Positions 38,273 through 47,747 of a DNA stretch of 64,000 bases are shown here, in pieces (the stretch's first letter is position 1; the number at the start of each line of letters is the position of its first letter). Under the pieces are notes generated by a model, which saw nothing but the letters and a program-made list of their open reading frames with translations, searched no databases and was not told the DNA's origin. The position numbers and the translations under genes are program-made. The DNA is from Spirochaetia bacterium. Its GTDB lineage: Bacteria > Spirochaetota > Spirochaetia > SZUA-6 > Bin103. The stretch is taken from NCBI GenBank assembly GCA_965199955.1, contig CBDATQ010000001.1:320001-384000 (forward strand), given 5' to 3'.

Positions 38273-40063
38273 TCAAAGCCGTGGATGCGACGGTCGTACG
38301 CCGTCCTCCTCCTGGAGGTCAGCATCGAGGCTTGTCCACGCCTCCATGGCGGCGGCCGCCGCCCTCGGCAACGGCACGCGGTCCGGCTTCGCGTCGCGGC
38401 GCAGCTTCAGCTCGGCCTCACCGTCGGCGACCGTGCGCGCGCTCACGGTCATGCGGATCGGCACGCCGATCAGGTCGGCGTCGTTGAACTTCACGCCGGG
38501 CCGCTCGTCCCGGTCGTCCAGCAGCACCTCCAAACCCTGCTCCGCCAGTTCGCCGGCGAGGCGCGCGGCCCCCTCCTCGCCGCCGCGCAGGGCGGCCACG
38601 TAGACGTCGAACGGCGCCACCGTGACCGGCCACGTCAGGCCGTGCTCGTCGTGGTGCTCCTCGGCCACGCAGGCCAGCAGCCGGCCCACGCCGATGCCGT
38701 AGGAGCCCATCACCACCGGCTTGGCGGTGCCGTCGGCGTCCAGGTAGGTGCAGCCGACCGCGTCGCTGATCCAGGTGCCGAGCCGGAAGATGTTGCCGAC
38801 CTCCACGCCGCGTGACAGCGCCAGCGCGCCGCCGCAGTCCGGGCAGCCGGCACCGGCGTCGGCGCTGACAATGTCGGCGACCACCTCCGCGTGGAAGTCG
38901 CGCCCGTGGTTGAGGTTGCGGACGTGGTAGTCGGGCTCGTTGGCGCCGCCGACCAGGTTGGGGGTCGCAGGGATCAGGTCGTCGGCCACGATGAGCGCCC
39001 CGCGCACGTCCGCGGGGGAGGCGTAGCCGGGCACGGTGCCGGCCGCGTGGATCTCCTCCTCCGTCGCCGGGCGCAGAGCGGTGGCGCCGGTGGCCTGCGC
39101 CAGCTTGAACTCGTTGACCTCCATGTCGCCGCGCACCAGTGCGAAGACCAGCCGTTCGGACTCGCCCTCGTCCAGCCCCGCACCCATCAGTAGCACCGCC
39201 TTGGCGGTCCGTTCCGCGGGGATCCCCAGGAATTCGCTCAGCTCCTCGATCGTGGTCGCTCCCGGGGTGTGCACCCGTTCCGGCTCCCCGGGCGGCTCCG
39301 CGGCCGGCTCCGGCTTGCGGCAGCGGGCGATCTGGCGGTTGGCGCGGTATCCGCAAGCATCGCACGACAGGATCGAGTCCTCGCCGATCGGGGTCAGGTA
39401 CATGAACTCGTGCGCGCCCGAGCCGCCCATCATGCCGACGTCGGCGCCGACGTCCACGACCGGCAGCCCGCAGCGGCGGAAGATGCGGTGGTAGGCGTCG
39501 AAGTGCGCGCGATACTGGCGGCCCAGGCCGGCCTCGTCGCGGTCCAGGCTGTAGGAGTCCTTCATGGTGAACTCGCGCACCCTGATCAGCCCGCCGCGCG
39601 GCCGCGGGTCGTCCCGGAACTTGGTCTGGACGTGGTAGAGGAGCTGTGGGAGCTGCTTGTAGGATCGCACCTCGTCCCGCACCAGGGCGGCGATCACTTC
39701 CTCATGGGTCATCGCCAGGACCAGGTCGCGCCCCTCCCGGTCCTGCAGGCGCGCCATCTCCGCGCCGATCTTGTGCCAGCGCCCGGTCGCCTGCCACACC
39801 GAGGCGGGGTTGACGACCGGCATGGTGATCTCCTGGCCGCCGATGGCGTCCATCTCCTCTCGGAGGATGGTCTCGATGCGGCGCAGCGAGCGCTGCGCGA
39901 GCGGCAGGTAGCTGAACAGTCCGGCGCCGAGCTGGCGCACGAACCCGGCGCGCAGCAGCAGGCGGTGACCGGCCACCTCGGTGTCGCCGGGGCTCTCCCG
40001 GCGGGTCTGGCTGAACAGGGTTCGCATGGACACGGGCCCATGCGGCGCATTCGGTGCGGGCAT
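38273..40063 (-). CDS. proS: Proline--tRNA ligase with INS editing domain
   Basis: THEE, KFRD.PRPRGGLIRVREF.MKD.YS, EVGNIF.LG, MGSYGIG.GR. Confidence 0.96.
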   Translation of the reverse strand: MPAPNAPHGPVSMRTLFSQTRRESPGDTEVAGHRLLLRAGFVRQLGAGLFSYLPLAQRSLRRIETILREEMDAIGGQEITMPVVNPASVWQATGRWHKIGAEMARLQDREGRDLVLAMTHEEVIAALVRDEVRSYKQLPQLLYHVQTKFRDDPRPRGGLIRVREFTMKDSYSLDRDEAGLGRQYRAHFDAYHRIFRRCGLPVVDVGADVGMMGGSGAHEFMYLTPIGEDSILSCDACGYRANRQIARCRKPEPAAEPPGEPERVHTPGATTIEELSEFLGIPAERTAKAVLLMGAGLDEGESERLVFALVRGDMEVNEFKLAQATGATALRPATEEEIHAAGTVPGYASPADVRGALIVADDLIPATPNLVGGANEPDYHVRNLNHGRDFHAEVVADIVSADAGAGCPDCGGALALSRGVEVGNIFRLGTWISDAVGCTYLDADGTAKPVVMGSYGIGVGRLLACVAEEHHDEHGLTWPVTVAPFDVYVAALRGGEEGAARLAGELAEQGLEVLLDDRDERPGVKFNDADLIGVPIRMTVSARTVADGEAELKLRRDAKPDRVPLPRAAAAAMEAWTSLDADLQEEDGVRPSHPRL

Positions 40064-40111
40064 GGGTGATCTTACGCCGGCAGGCCGAATGGTTCAGACT
40101 CCCTCAGCCGG

Positions 40112-40624
40112 ATGACCCTGCCTGTCCCCCGCACCGAACGCTGCCTGGAGGTGAAGCGCTACCCCGACGGCCGCCAGGTCACCTTCGCCTGCGATCTGCT
40201 GGCGATCGAACCGGGGCGGCAGCTCCTGGGCTACACGATCCGCCGCGCGGCGACCGTGGCGGGAGTGTTCCTGCCGGCGGGAACCCGCTCCTGCGGCTGC
40301 TTCTGGGCCGGCCGGCCGTACAACCTGTATCTGTGGATGCGGCGCAGCGGCGCGCGGCGCGCCGCCGTCCTCGGCGCCTACTTCAACGTCTGCGACGCCG
40401 TGGAGCTGGGCCGCACGGAGTTGCGCTGGCGCGATCTGTGGGTGGACGTCATGGCGTTGCCGGCGCGGCGGCCGGTCACCCTGGACCGCGACGAGGTGCC
40501 GGGCGATCTGCCGCCAAGGCTCTCGCGCCACATCGACGATGCCGTCCACGAGCTGTACGCGCGCAGCGGAGAGCTGGTCGAGGAGTGCGTGTGCTGGGCA
40601 CGCGCCGTACAGTGCGGCGCGTAG
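40112..40624 (+). CDS. DUF402 domain protein
   Basis: YN.Y, YFNV, DLWVDV, LDRDE. Confidence 0.75.
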   Translation: MTLPVPRTERCLEVKRYPDGRQVTFACDLLAIEPGRQLLGYTIRRAATVAGVFLPAGTRSCGCFWAGRPYNLYLWMRRSGARRAAVLGAYFNVCDAVELGRTELRWRDLWVDVMALPARRPVTLDRDEVPGDLPPRLSRHIDDAVHELYARSGELVEECVCWARAVQCGA

Positions 40625-40665
40625 CGGACTGGCCCGATCAGACGCTCACGCCGCGCCCCGAACCT

Positions 40666-41049
40666 CTAGCTTGCGAGTGCGCTGTACTGCCAACCTCGTA
40701 CCCTTGCAAGCGCGGTCAAGTCCTTCGCCTTCGTCTTAGTGGCCGAGTTCGAGTGCCTGCCGAAGTCGATTATCGTGTGTTCGGGAAAGCACGGTTTGGG
40801 ATCAAGGGTTACCGTGAGATCTCCTTGCTGGCACTCTGAGACTGTCACAGCCATGACACCCACCGAGGCAAGTCCCAACTCCCCCGTGTAGTGAAGATAC
40901 GAATCCTCTGCCGTTATCCTTCTTCCATCATACACCGAGAGCTGCTTCTGGTCTTTCGGGGTTGGCTGGAATACCTGCGAAGTGACTCGTCCGTTCCGAA
41001 TCCAGTTCGGATTGACCTGCCGCAAGAGCAGGGACGGCCCCGGGATCAT
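40666..41049 (-). CDS. Hypothetical protein, putative ADP-ribosyltransferase-fold toxin
   Basis: 127 aa; LLR, S..F.P...D...LSV, PEH.IIDF pattern; ATGA-coupled to upstream gene. Confidence 0.55.
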   Translation of the reverse strand: MIPGPSLLLRQVNPNWIRNGRVTSQVFQPTPKDQKQLSVYDGRRITAEDSYLHYTGELGLASVGVMAVTVSECQQGDLTVTLDPKPCFPEHTIIDFGRHSNSATKTKAKDLTALARVRGWQYSALAS

Positions 41050-41642
41050 GACCTGCCTGGGTCCATAGCATCGATCTGCTCGACCAACCACTTCCAGTCC
41101 TCGCCGCTATCGCAATCCACGATACGTTCATCGACCTGCCCTGACCGTATGTCGAGCACGTGCCATTCAGCAGAGTGCGTGTCGAGATTGACCTCAAGCG
41201 TAATCTCTCGCGACCCCAGAGACCACTCCGCCTGAACATCTCCTGTCTCGGTCGGATAAAGATGGGGTGGCGGAGCATCGTTCGGAAAGTGCCGGGTAAT
41301 GATGCCAAGCAGCCAGTCGAGCCCCGCGTCGGATGGCGCTTTGCCCTCTCCTTCGAGCCAGCCGTCCTCGACTAACCTCAGTTCTGCAATTTGCATCGAG
41401 ATGTCAAGCTCGGTGCCAAGCGTGCTCGTCTCTGACTGGTGTATGGGGAATACCCGGTAGGGGAGGTCGACTTGGCTGGGCTGTTGGTACGAGAGGATGA
41501 AAAGAGCATCGCGTCCGGAAGTTCCCTCGTAGGCTTCTCTCTTCCAATTGTCGTCTTTGCGCAGGCCCGTCGTAACGATGGAGCTCAGGTCACGGTCTTG
41601 ATTCGTGTCGGCCGCAACAGGCGCTCGCAGTAACGCCTTCAT
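41046..41642 (-). CDS. Hypothetical protein, putative antitoxin
   Basis: 198 aa; L....GWL.G.G.AP, P.LYP...G.VQAEW; polar N-terminal extension of about 75 aa. Confidence 0.55.
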   Translation of the reverse strand: MKALLRAPVAADTNQDRDLSSIVTTGLRKDDNWKREAYEGTSGRDALFILSYQQPSQVDLPYRVFPIHQSETSTLGTELDISMQIAELRLVEDGWLEGEGKAPSDAGLDWLLGIITRHFPNDAPPPHLYPTETGDVQAEWSLGSREITLEVNLDTHSAEWHVLDIRSGQVDERIVDCDSGEDWKWLVEQIDAMDPGRS

Positions 41643-41986
41643 GATGTCTTGATCGCTTTATTGCGGTCTTCTATCGCAGAAATGTGCGTCTCTAGCCAAC
41701 CTAGCATGCCCTTCGCAGTAGCCAGGTCAACGATGACTTCGACTTCTACCTCTCTGACCACTCCCGATTTTACTCGGCGATTGGTCTCTTCTCCGAGGTT
41801 GCCCTGAGGAGTGATGTCGTGTGTAAGTGTCTGTGGGATGGGGCTTCGCTCCGAAAAGAAGCTCATGGCGATGTAGCCGCGAGGGGTGGCTCCGCCCCAG
41901 ACACCGTCGCCATGTACAACACGGAAGCTGTGGGACTTGATGTAGTGGAAGTCAATGCTTGTTGGTGTGTCTTCTGGTTGATTCAT
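41639..41986 (-). CDS. Hypothetical protein, DUF3467-like (putative chaperone)
   Basis: 115 aa; SD GGAGGA 8 nt before ATG; FRVVHGDGVWGG, F.SER, VREVEV......AK....WL. Confidence 0.55.
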   Translation of the reverse strand: MNQPEDTPTSIDFHYIKSHSFRVVHGDGVWGGATPRGYIAMSFFSERSPIPQTLTHDITPQGNLGEETNRRVKSGVVREVEVEVIVDLATAKGMLGWLETHISAIEDRNKAIKTS

Positions 41987-42122
41987 AGAGCGGATCCTCC
42001 TGTGCACGCGGGTAGTGTGCCATGACGGGACCGTAGCACGGGACGAACGGCGCGAACGTTTCCCGTGTGAGCGGTTCCGGCGTGAGCGCCAGCAGGGCTG
42101 AGTCTCCGATCCGTCCGCCGCC

Positions 42123-43139
42123 TCAGGACGGTGTGCCGAACAGCCGCAGCCGGCTGATGCCGCCGTCCGGGATCATGTTGAGGCGCACGTGCGACACCGG
42201 CTCACGGCTGTTCATCGCGCCGGCCGCGAAGGTGTGCTCGCGGTCCGCCTGCAGGGGCCGCTCGTCCAGCAGCACCGGCCAGAACATCGATTGCGCCACC
42301 ACCGAGGCGCGCAGCTTACCCGTGTCCGCCGGCAGCGACGCCCCCTGAAGGGAGCAGCGGTCGGGGTAGTTGCCCTTGAAGTGGGCGGTGTCGACCACCA
42401 CGCGGTCGATGCGGCCGGGATGCGCCAGGGCGATGATGCACCAGTCGTGGCCGGGCTCGCGGCGGCGCCTGGTCTCCCAGCCGTCGCCCATGTCGCGGCC
42501 GCGGTCGGGCCGGAGCATGTTGCCCGGATTGCCGTAGTGGGCGTCGTTCCAGGCGATCGCCACCGCGCCGTGCACGGCCGAGGCCAGGTCGAGCTCGCCG
42601 AGCGCGGCCAGGGCGCTCCAGTCGGGCCGCGGCCGGCCGTACACGCGCAGGCGCGCCACGCCGCCGTCCGGCAGCAGGTTGAGCCGCACGTGGTTCCAGG
42701 CGCGCCGGTCGGCGACCGGAAACAGGTGGTGGTCGTCGGGGCCGAGCGCCGCCGGCGGCACCAGCGGGACCCATTCGGCGCGGTCGTCCGGATCGCCGTC
42801 GCTCAGGCAGGCTTCCAACGACGCGGCCGGCGGGTAGTTGCCGGTGAAGTGGCGGGTGTCGATGTCCACGGCGTGGATCTCGCCCGGCGCCGCCAGGCGC
42901 ACGACGCTGCGGTCGTGGCCCCCGCCGCGGCGGCGGCGCGACTCCCATCCGTCCATCCACTTGCCGTGGTCGTCGTACTTGTCCGGGATGAACACCGGCT
43001 CGCCCGGCTCCAGCATGCGCGACAGGGGCGCGAAGAACTCGTCCGTGCACCAGATCCCGACGGCGCCCAAGCGCGCGTCGGCCAGGTTGGTGGTCAGAGG
43101 CGGCCGACCGGCGTCCGCCCCGTTCGTTGTCTCAGCCAC
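42123..43139 (-). CDS. alc: Allantoicase
   Basis: DEFFA, WMDGWESRRRR, DGWETRRRR, FKGNYP, PDGG repeats. Confidence 0.95.
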   Translation of the reverse strand: MAETTNGADAGRPPLTTNLADARLGAVGIWCTDEFFAPLSRMLEPGEPVFIPDKYDDHGKWMDGWESRRRRGGGHDRSVVRLAAPGEIHAVDIDTRHFTGNYPPAASLEACLSDGDPDDRAEWVPLVPPAALGPDDHHLFPVADRRAWNHVRLNLLPDGGVARLRVYGRPRPDWSALAALGELDLASAVHGAVAIAWNDAHYGNPGNMLRPDRGRDMGDGWETRRRREPGHDWCIIALAHPGRIDRVVVDTAHFKGNYPDRCSLQGASLPADTGKLRASVVAQSMFWPVLLDERPLQADREHTFAAGAMNSREPVSHVRLNMIPDGGISRLRLFGTPS

Positions 43140-44064
43140 GATCAGCCTCTCGATGGGGATGGTGCGCGTGCCAGTGGCGGGCGATGTCGATGCGGCGGCA
43201 GCACCAGACCGCCTCGTGCGCGAGCACGTGATCGACGAACCGCTGCAGGGCGGCGAAGCGCCCCGGGCGGCCGACCAGCCGGCAGTGCAGCCCGACCGAC
43301 ATCATGCGCGGCGTCTCGGCCCCCTCCGCGTACAGCACGTCGAAGGTGTCGCGCAGGTAGGTGAAGAACTGGTCGCCGGAGTTGAAGCCCTGCGGGGTGA
43401 CGAAACGCATGTCGTTGGCGTCCAGCGTGTACGGCACCACCAGGTGCGGCCGCCTGGCGACCACCGTCCAGAACGGCAGGTCGTCGTTGTAGTCGTCGGC
43501 GTCGTACAGGAAGCCGCCTTCCTCCACGACCAGCCGGCGCGTGTTGGGCCCGGTGCGCCCGGTGTACCAGCCGAGGGGCCGCTCGCCGGTGAGCCGGCGG
43601 ATGATTTCCACGGCGCGCTGCAGGTGCTCCCGTTCCACCGGCTCGGGCACGTCCTGGTAGTCGATCCAGCGATAGCCATGGCTGCAGATCTCGAAGCCGG
43701 CGTCCATGGCGGCGTCGGCGACCGCCGCGTTGCGCTCCAGCGCCATCGCCACCGCGAACACGGTGATCGGGATCTCCCGTTCGCGGAACAGCCGGAACAG
43801 GCGCCACACGCCGACGCGGCTGCCGTACTCGTAGATCGACTCCATGCTCATGTGGCGTTCGGACAACGGGAGCGCGCCAAGGATCTCGGACAGGAACGAT
43901 TCGGAGCCCGCGTCGCCGTGCAGCACGGAGTTCTCCGCCCCTTCCTCGTAGTTGACCACGAACTGCACGGCCACCCGCGCGCGTCCCGGCCAGTCCGCCC
44001 GGGGCGGGTGGACCCCGTAGCCGCGCAGGTCGCGGGGATAGGATTCGGTCGAGCCGGCGTCCAT
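43132..44064 (-). CDS. puuE: Allantoinase PuuE (polysaccharide deacetylase fold)
   Basis: YPRDL.GYG, NYEEG.E, ESIYEYGSRVG, HGYRW, GWYTGR, LHCR. Confidence 0.95.
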   Translation of the reverse strand: MDAGSTESYPRDLRGYGVHPPRADWPGRARVAVQFVVNYEEGAENSVLHGDAGSESFLSEILGALPLSERHMSMESIYEYGSRVGVWRLFRLFREREIPITVFAVAMALERNAAVADAAMDAGFEICSHGYRWIDYQDVPEPVEREHLQRAVEIIRRLTGERPLGWYTGRTGPNTRRLVVEEGGFLYDADDYNDDLPFWTVVARRPHLVVPYTLDANDMRFVTPQGFNSGDQFFTYLRDTFDVLYAEGAETPRMMSVGLHCRLVGRPGRFAALQRFVDHVLAHEAVWCCRRIDIARHWHAHHPHREADRG

Positions 44065-44119
44065 CCCGGGGGCAATATGCTGGCGAACGACCCGGCATGC
44101 AACATACACTGGCGGTCAC

Positions 44120-45382
44120 ATGGCGGTACGACTGGCGATCGTCGGCTGTGGCGGCATGGGCCACCGCCACCTGAGGGGGCTCCGCGCGTTGCAGGCCGCG
44201 GGCATTTCGTCGCTGGAGCTGGTTGCCGCCTGCGACCCGGTGGAGGCGAACGCGGCATCGCTCGCGGATGAAGCGGAGGCGGTCTTCGGCGCTCGTCCGG
44301 CCGTGGTGGCGGCGCTCGGGGATCTGCATGCCCACGGCGTGCAGGCGGTGGACATCACCAGCATCCCGCGAACGCATCACGTGCTGGCCGTGGAAGCGCT
44401 GCAACGCGGGCTCCACGTCCTGATCGAGAAGCCGATGGCGCCGACCGTGGCCGCGTGCCGGCGGATCCGTGACGCGGCGGCGGCATCCTCCGCCATCCTC
44501 AGCGTGGCCGAGAACTACCGCCGCGACCCGACGTGCCGGCTCGCCAGGGCGCTGCTGGATTCCGGCGTGATCGGCACGCCGCGGCTGATCGTCCAGCACG
44601 GCGTGAGCGGCGGCGACCGGATGTTGATCAGCCTGTGGCGGCACCGCCGCGAGCACGGCGGCATCCTGCTGGACGTGGGCGTCCATTATGCAGACGTGCT
44701 TGAGTATCTGCTGGGTCCCATCGACACGGCCTACGCGGTGACGCGGCTGCATGAGCCGGTCCGCCGCAACCCGGCCGCGGGTGACGGCGCGGGCGTGGTC
44801 GATCCTGGGAACGCCTACGCGCAGTGGCAGCGGCAGACACCGGCCGAGTTCGAGGCGACCGCCGAGGACGCGCTGTACGGGACGCTGACCTTCGCCAGCG
44901 GCGTGGTCGGCAACATCATCCAGGATCATGCCGGTCATGGCGCCGGGTTCGGCGGCCGCATGGTGTTCGGCTCGGCCGGATCGATGACGCTGCCGGGCGA
45001 CCGTAGCGGCGGCGCGATCACCGTGCACCGCGACGGCGGCGGGCGGCTCGAAGGCCAGGCGCTGCTGGATCACGTGCCGGAGTTCCGCCTGGACGCGAAC
45101 ACGGCGGCGCTGTTCGGCGCGGATCGGCTGTGCGGCTACGACCAGCCGTTCCCGGTCACCGACGCTGCGCTGCTCGCCGTCGAGTACGCGGAGCTGGCCG
45201 ACGCGATCCGGGGCGGCGCGCCGCCGGAGGTCGACGCCGCGCAGGGGCTGAGCGCCGTGGCCAGCTACTACGCGCTGCTGGAATCGGGGGCGTGCGGGGC
45301 ACCCGTTCGCGTCCGGGACGTCCTCGACGGCCGCGTCGACGCCTGCCAGCGCGAACTCGACGAGTCGCTCGGCTTGACGTAG
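44120..45382 (+). CDS. Gfo/Idh/MocA oxidoreductase
   Basis: VGCGGMG, IEKP, AENYR, DVGVH..D. Confidence 0.9.
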   Translation: MAVRLAIVGCGGMGHRHLRGLRALQAAGISSLELVAACDPVEANAASLADEAEAVFGARPAVVAALGDLHAHGVQAVDITSIPRTHHVLAVEALQRGLHVLIEKPMAPTVAACRRIRDAAAASSAILSVAENYRRDPTCRLARALLDSGVIGTPRLIVQHGVSGGDRMLISLWRHRREHGGILLDVGVHYADVLEYLLGPIDTAYAVTRLHEPVRRNPAAGDGAGVVDPGNAYAQWQRQTPAEFEATAEDALYGTLTFASGVVGNIIQDHAGHGAGFGGRMVFGSAGSMTLPGDRSGGAITVHRDGGGRLEGQALLDHVPEFRLDANTAALFGADRLCGYDQPFPVTDAALLAVEYAELADAIRGGAPPEVDAAQGLSAVASYYALLESGACGAPVRVRDVLDGRVDACQRELDESLGLT

Positions 45383-45423
45383 GGCCGGGCGCTACGAATC
45401 TGACGAACAGGGGGACCGTGGCG

Positions 45424-46398
45424 ATGACGGCAGAGAAAATCGAGCAGCGTTCCATCGTTATCGTGATCGTGGCGAGCGTGTCGTTCGGGCTGATCGGCAT
45501 CGTCATCTCGCTTGCCAGCCGGTCGGGGGCGGTGTTCCTGGACGGTCTGTTCTCGCTGATCTTCGCGATGGTCGGACTGCTGACGCTGTACGTGTCCAAG
45601 CTCGTGCAGCGCCCGCGGGACGAGCAGTATCCGTTCGGGTACGCGACGTTCGAGCCGATGCTGAACCTGTTCAAGGGGATCCTGATCGCGACCGCGCTGC
45701 TCTACGCGGTGTGGACGGCGGTCCGGGCGCTGATGACCGGCGGGCAGGAGGTGGCCGCCATCGGCGGCATCATCTACGCCGCGATCGCGGTGGCCGGGGG
45801 GATCGCGCTGGCGGTGGCGCTCCGCAAGCTGGCCCGGAAGTCGGGCTCACCGATCGTGCAGTTGGACGCCCAGAACGCGGTGATCGACACGATGATCTCC
45901 GGCGCGGTCGGCGTGGCATTCGTCGCGACGCTGATCATCCAGAACTCGCGGCTGTCGGCGTGGGCCCGATACGCCGATCCGGTGATCATGCTGACGATCG
46001 CCGCCATCGCGGCGCCCCAGCCGATCAAGACCATTCGCGCCAACTGGCGGCAGCTCATGGGCAGGGCGCCGGATCGGGCCGTGCAGGACCGGATCGCGGC
46101 GCTGGTCGAATCGGTCATTGCGCGGGTGCCGCACTCCGAGACGCACCTGCGCACCACCGAGGTCGGCCGCTATCTGTACGTCCACCTCTATGTGATCGTG
46201 CCGGAGGACTCCACCGAACCCATCGACGTGCGCCTGCACGACCGGATCAGGCGGGAGATCTTCGAGCAGCTCTCGGGCGAGTTCAGCCACCTGGCGCTGG
46301 ACGTCGGCTTCACCATGGATGTCCGCTGGGCGGTCTCCAGCGTGCCGTCGGAGGACCAGGAGACGGTCTATCCCGCGGGCTCGCAGCCGGCGGACTGA
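45424..46398 (+). CDS. Cation diffusion facilitator family transporter
   Basis: S.A..LDG.FS, YPFGY..FE, six TM helices, YADP. Confidence 0.85.
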   Translation: MTAEKIEQRSIVIVIVASVSFGLIGIVISLASRSGAVFLDGLFSLIFAMVGLLTLYVSKLVQRPRDEQYPFGYATFEPMLNLFKGILIATALLYAVWTAVRALMTGGQEVAAIGGIIYAAIAVAGGIALAVALRKLARKSGSPIVQLDAQNAVIDTMISGAVGVAFVATLIIQNSRLSAWARYADPVIMLTIAAIAAPQPIKTIRANWRQLMGRAPDRAVQDRIAALVESVIARVPHSETHLRTTEVGRYLYVHLYVIVPEDSTEPIDVRLHDRIRREIFEQLSGEFSHLALDVGFTMDVRWAVSSVPSEDQETVYPAGSQPAD

Positions 46399-46525
46399 CC
46401 GTTCGAGGTTGTGTCAGCTTCGGGAAGGAGAGCACCTGCGGCGCCACGGCCCCGGAGCGATTCCTGAATCCCGCTCGGAGCATGGCTGCATACAAGCCGA
46501 CCGCCGGGTACCGGGCACCAGCGGT

Positions 46526-47692
46526 CTACAGCGGCGTCTCCAGGATCGTGTAGATCTTCGAGGGGATGGCGTTCATCATGTCGAGCATGCGCAGCACGGG
46601 GGTGTTGTCCTCCAGCACGAAGCCGACGTCGCAGTACTGGTAGCCGTGCTGTTGGGTGTAGATCTTCTGTTTCCAGAGCAGCAGGCCCTCAAGTCCCCGG
46701 TTGCGAAACTTCTTCTTCACTCCCAGGTACCCGAACCGCAGCCCCGTGAGACGGCGCTTGGTGATCAGCATGCGCCCCGCCCGCCACAGTTCGAAGCGCG
46801 GGCACAGCCGTGACGGCAGCATGGCGTCCAGGATGTTCGGCACGCCGCCGAAGAAGGCGGCGGGCTCACCCTGCCAGTAGGCGATCGAGAACTGGCCGCG
46901 GTCGACGATGAGCTGCTCGTCGTCGATCACCTTGAAGAACTCCTCGTCGCGGTACGGGACGAAGCCCCAGTTGTCGTTCCAGGCGTCGTTGTAGATGTCC
47001 AGCATCTCGCGCTTGCGCACCGCGAGCGGCCGCTCGCCCCAAGTCTCGAATACCACGCCGCCCCGCTTCTGCACGATCTGGGCGACCCGCTGCAGCTTCT
47101 CCTCCATGGGCACGTGCACGGGCACCTCCCAGGAGCGCACCCGCTTGACCGGGTGCAGGCCGGCGGCGGTCAGCAGATCCAGGTAGTACGGCTTGTTGTA
47201 GTGGTAGTAGATGACCGGGCGGGAGTCGAACCCCTCGGTCAGCACGCCGGGCGTCGCCTGGTTGACCGGCAGGTTCTGCGGCCCGCGCATCGCCTGCATG
47301 CCGCGCTCGCGCAGCCAGTCGCCGGCCCCCCGCAGCAGGCGGCCGGTCACCTCCTGGTCGTCGACGGACTCGAAGAAGCCGAAGAAGCCGGTCTTCTCGT
47401 TCCAGTGGGCGTTGTGGTCGTCGTTGACGAAGGCCATGCAGCGCCCGACGGGCTGTCGGCGATCGTCGTAGGCGATGAAGAAAGCGATGTCCGCATGCTG
47501 AAGGAACAGGGAGCGCGGCTCGAAGTAGCCGACGATGCCCAGCAGGTGGAAGCCCAGGTACTCGTAGTCCAGCAGCGGGATGTAGCGTGGGTCGTCGCGG
47601 TAGTGGCTCCAGTGGAAATCGACGAAGGCGCGGAGCTTGGCGCGGGCGCCGGGATCAGTGTTCGCGAACCGCTCGATCTCGATGCCGGCCAT
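46526..47692 (-). CDS. YghO-like tandem GNAT protein
   Basis: GFFGFFE..DD, MRGP.N, EGF...P.....YN.PYY, YN.AW..NWGF.P, LGV....R..G. Confidence 0.8.
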   Translation of the reverse strand: MAGIEIERFANTDPGARAKLRAFVDFHWSHYRDDPRYIPLLDYEYLGFHLLGIVGYFEPRSLFLQHADIAFFIAYDDRRQPVGRCMAFVNDDHNAHWNEKTGFFGFFESVDDQEVTGRLLRGAGDWLRERGMQAMRGPQNLPVNQATPGVLTEGFDSRPVIYYHYNKPYYLDLLTAAGLHPVKRVRSWEVPVHVPMEEKLQRVAQIVQKRGGVVFETWGERPLAVRKREMLDIYNDAWNDNWGFVPYRDEEFFKVIDDEQLIVDRGQFSIAYWQGEPAAFFGGVPNILDAMLPSRLCPRFELWRAGRMLITKRRLTGLRFGYLGVKKKFRNRGLEGLLLWKQKIYTQQHGYQYCDVGFVLEDNTPVLRMLDMMNAIPSKIYTILETPL

Positions 47693-47747
47693 GCCGCAAC
47701 TCTGGAGGACTCGGCTTTGCCGGCGCAAGGGGCTATCATCCGCGCCG

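Noticed and set aside
40643..42088. 11-bp inverted repeat CGCTCACGCCG (40643-40653 / 42078-42088) flanking the three-gene cassette as mobile-element ends
   Set aside because: Short and GC-rich, with no target duplication or transposase; chance cannot be excluded
46400..46525. Possible structured ncRNA between the CDF and GNAT genes
   Set aside because: Only an imperfect hairpin between convergent genes; no recognisable RNA family
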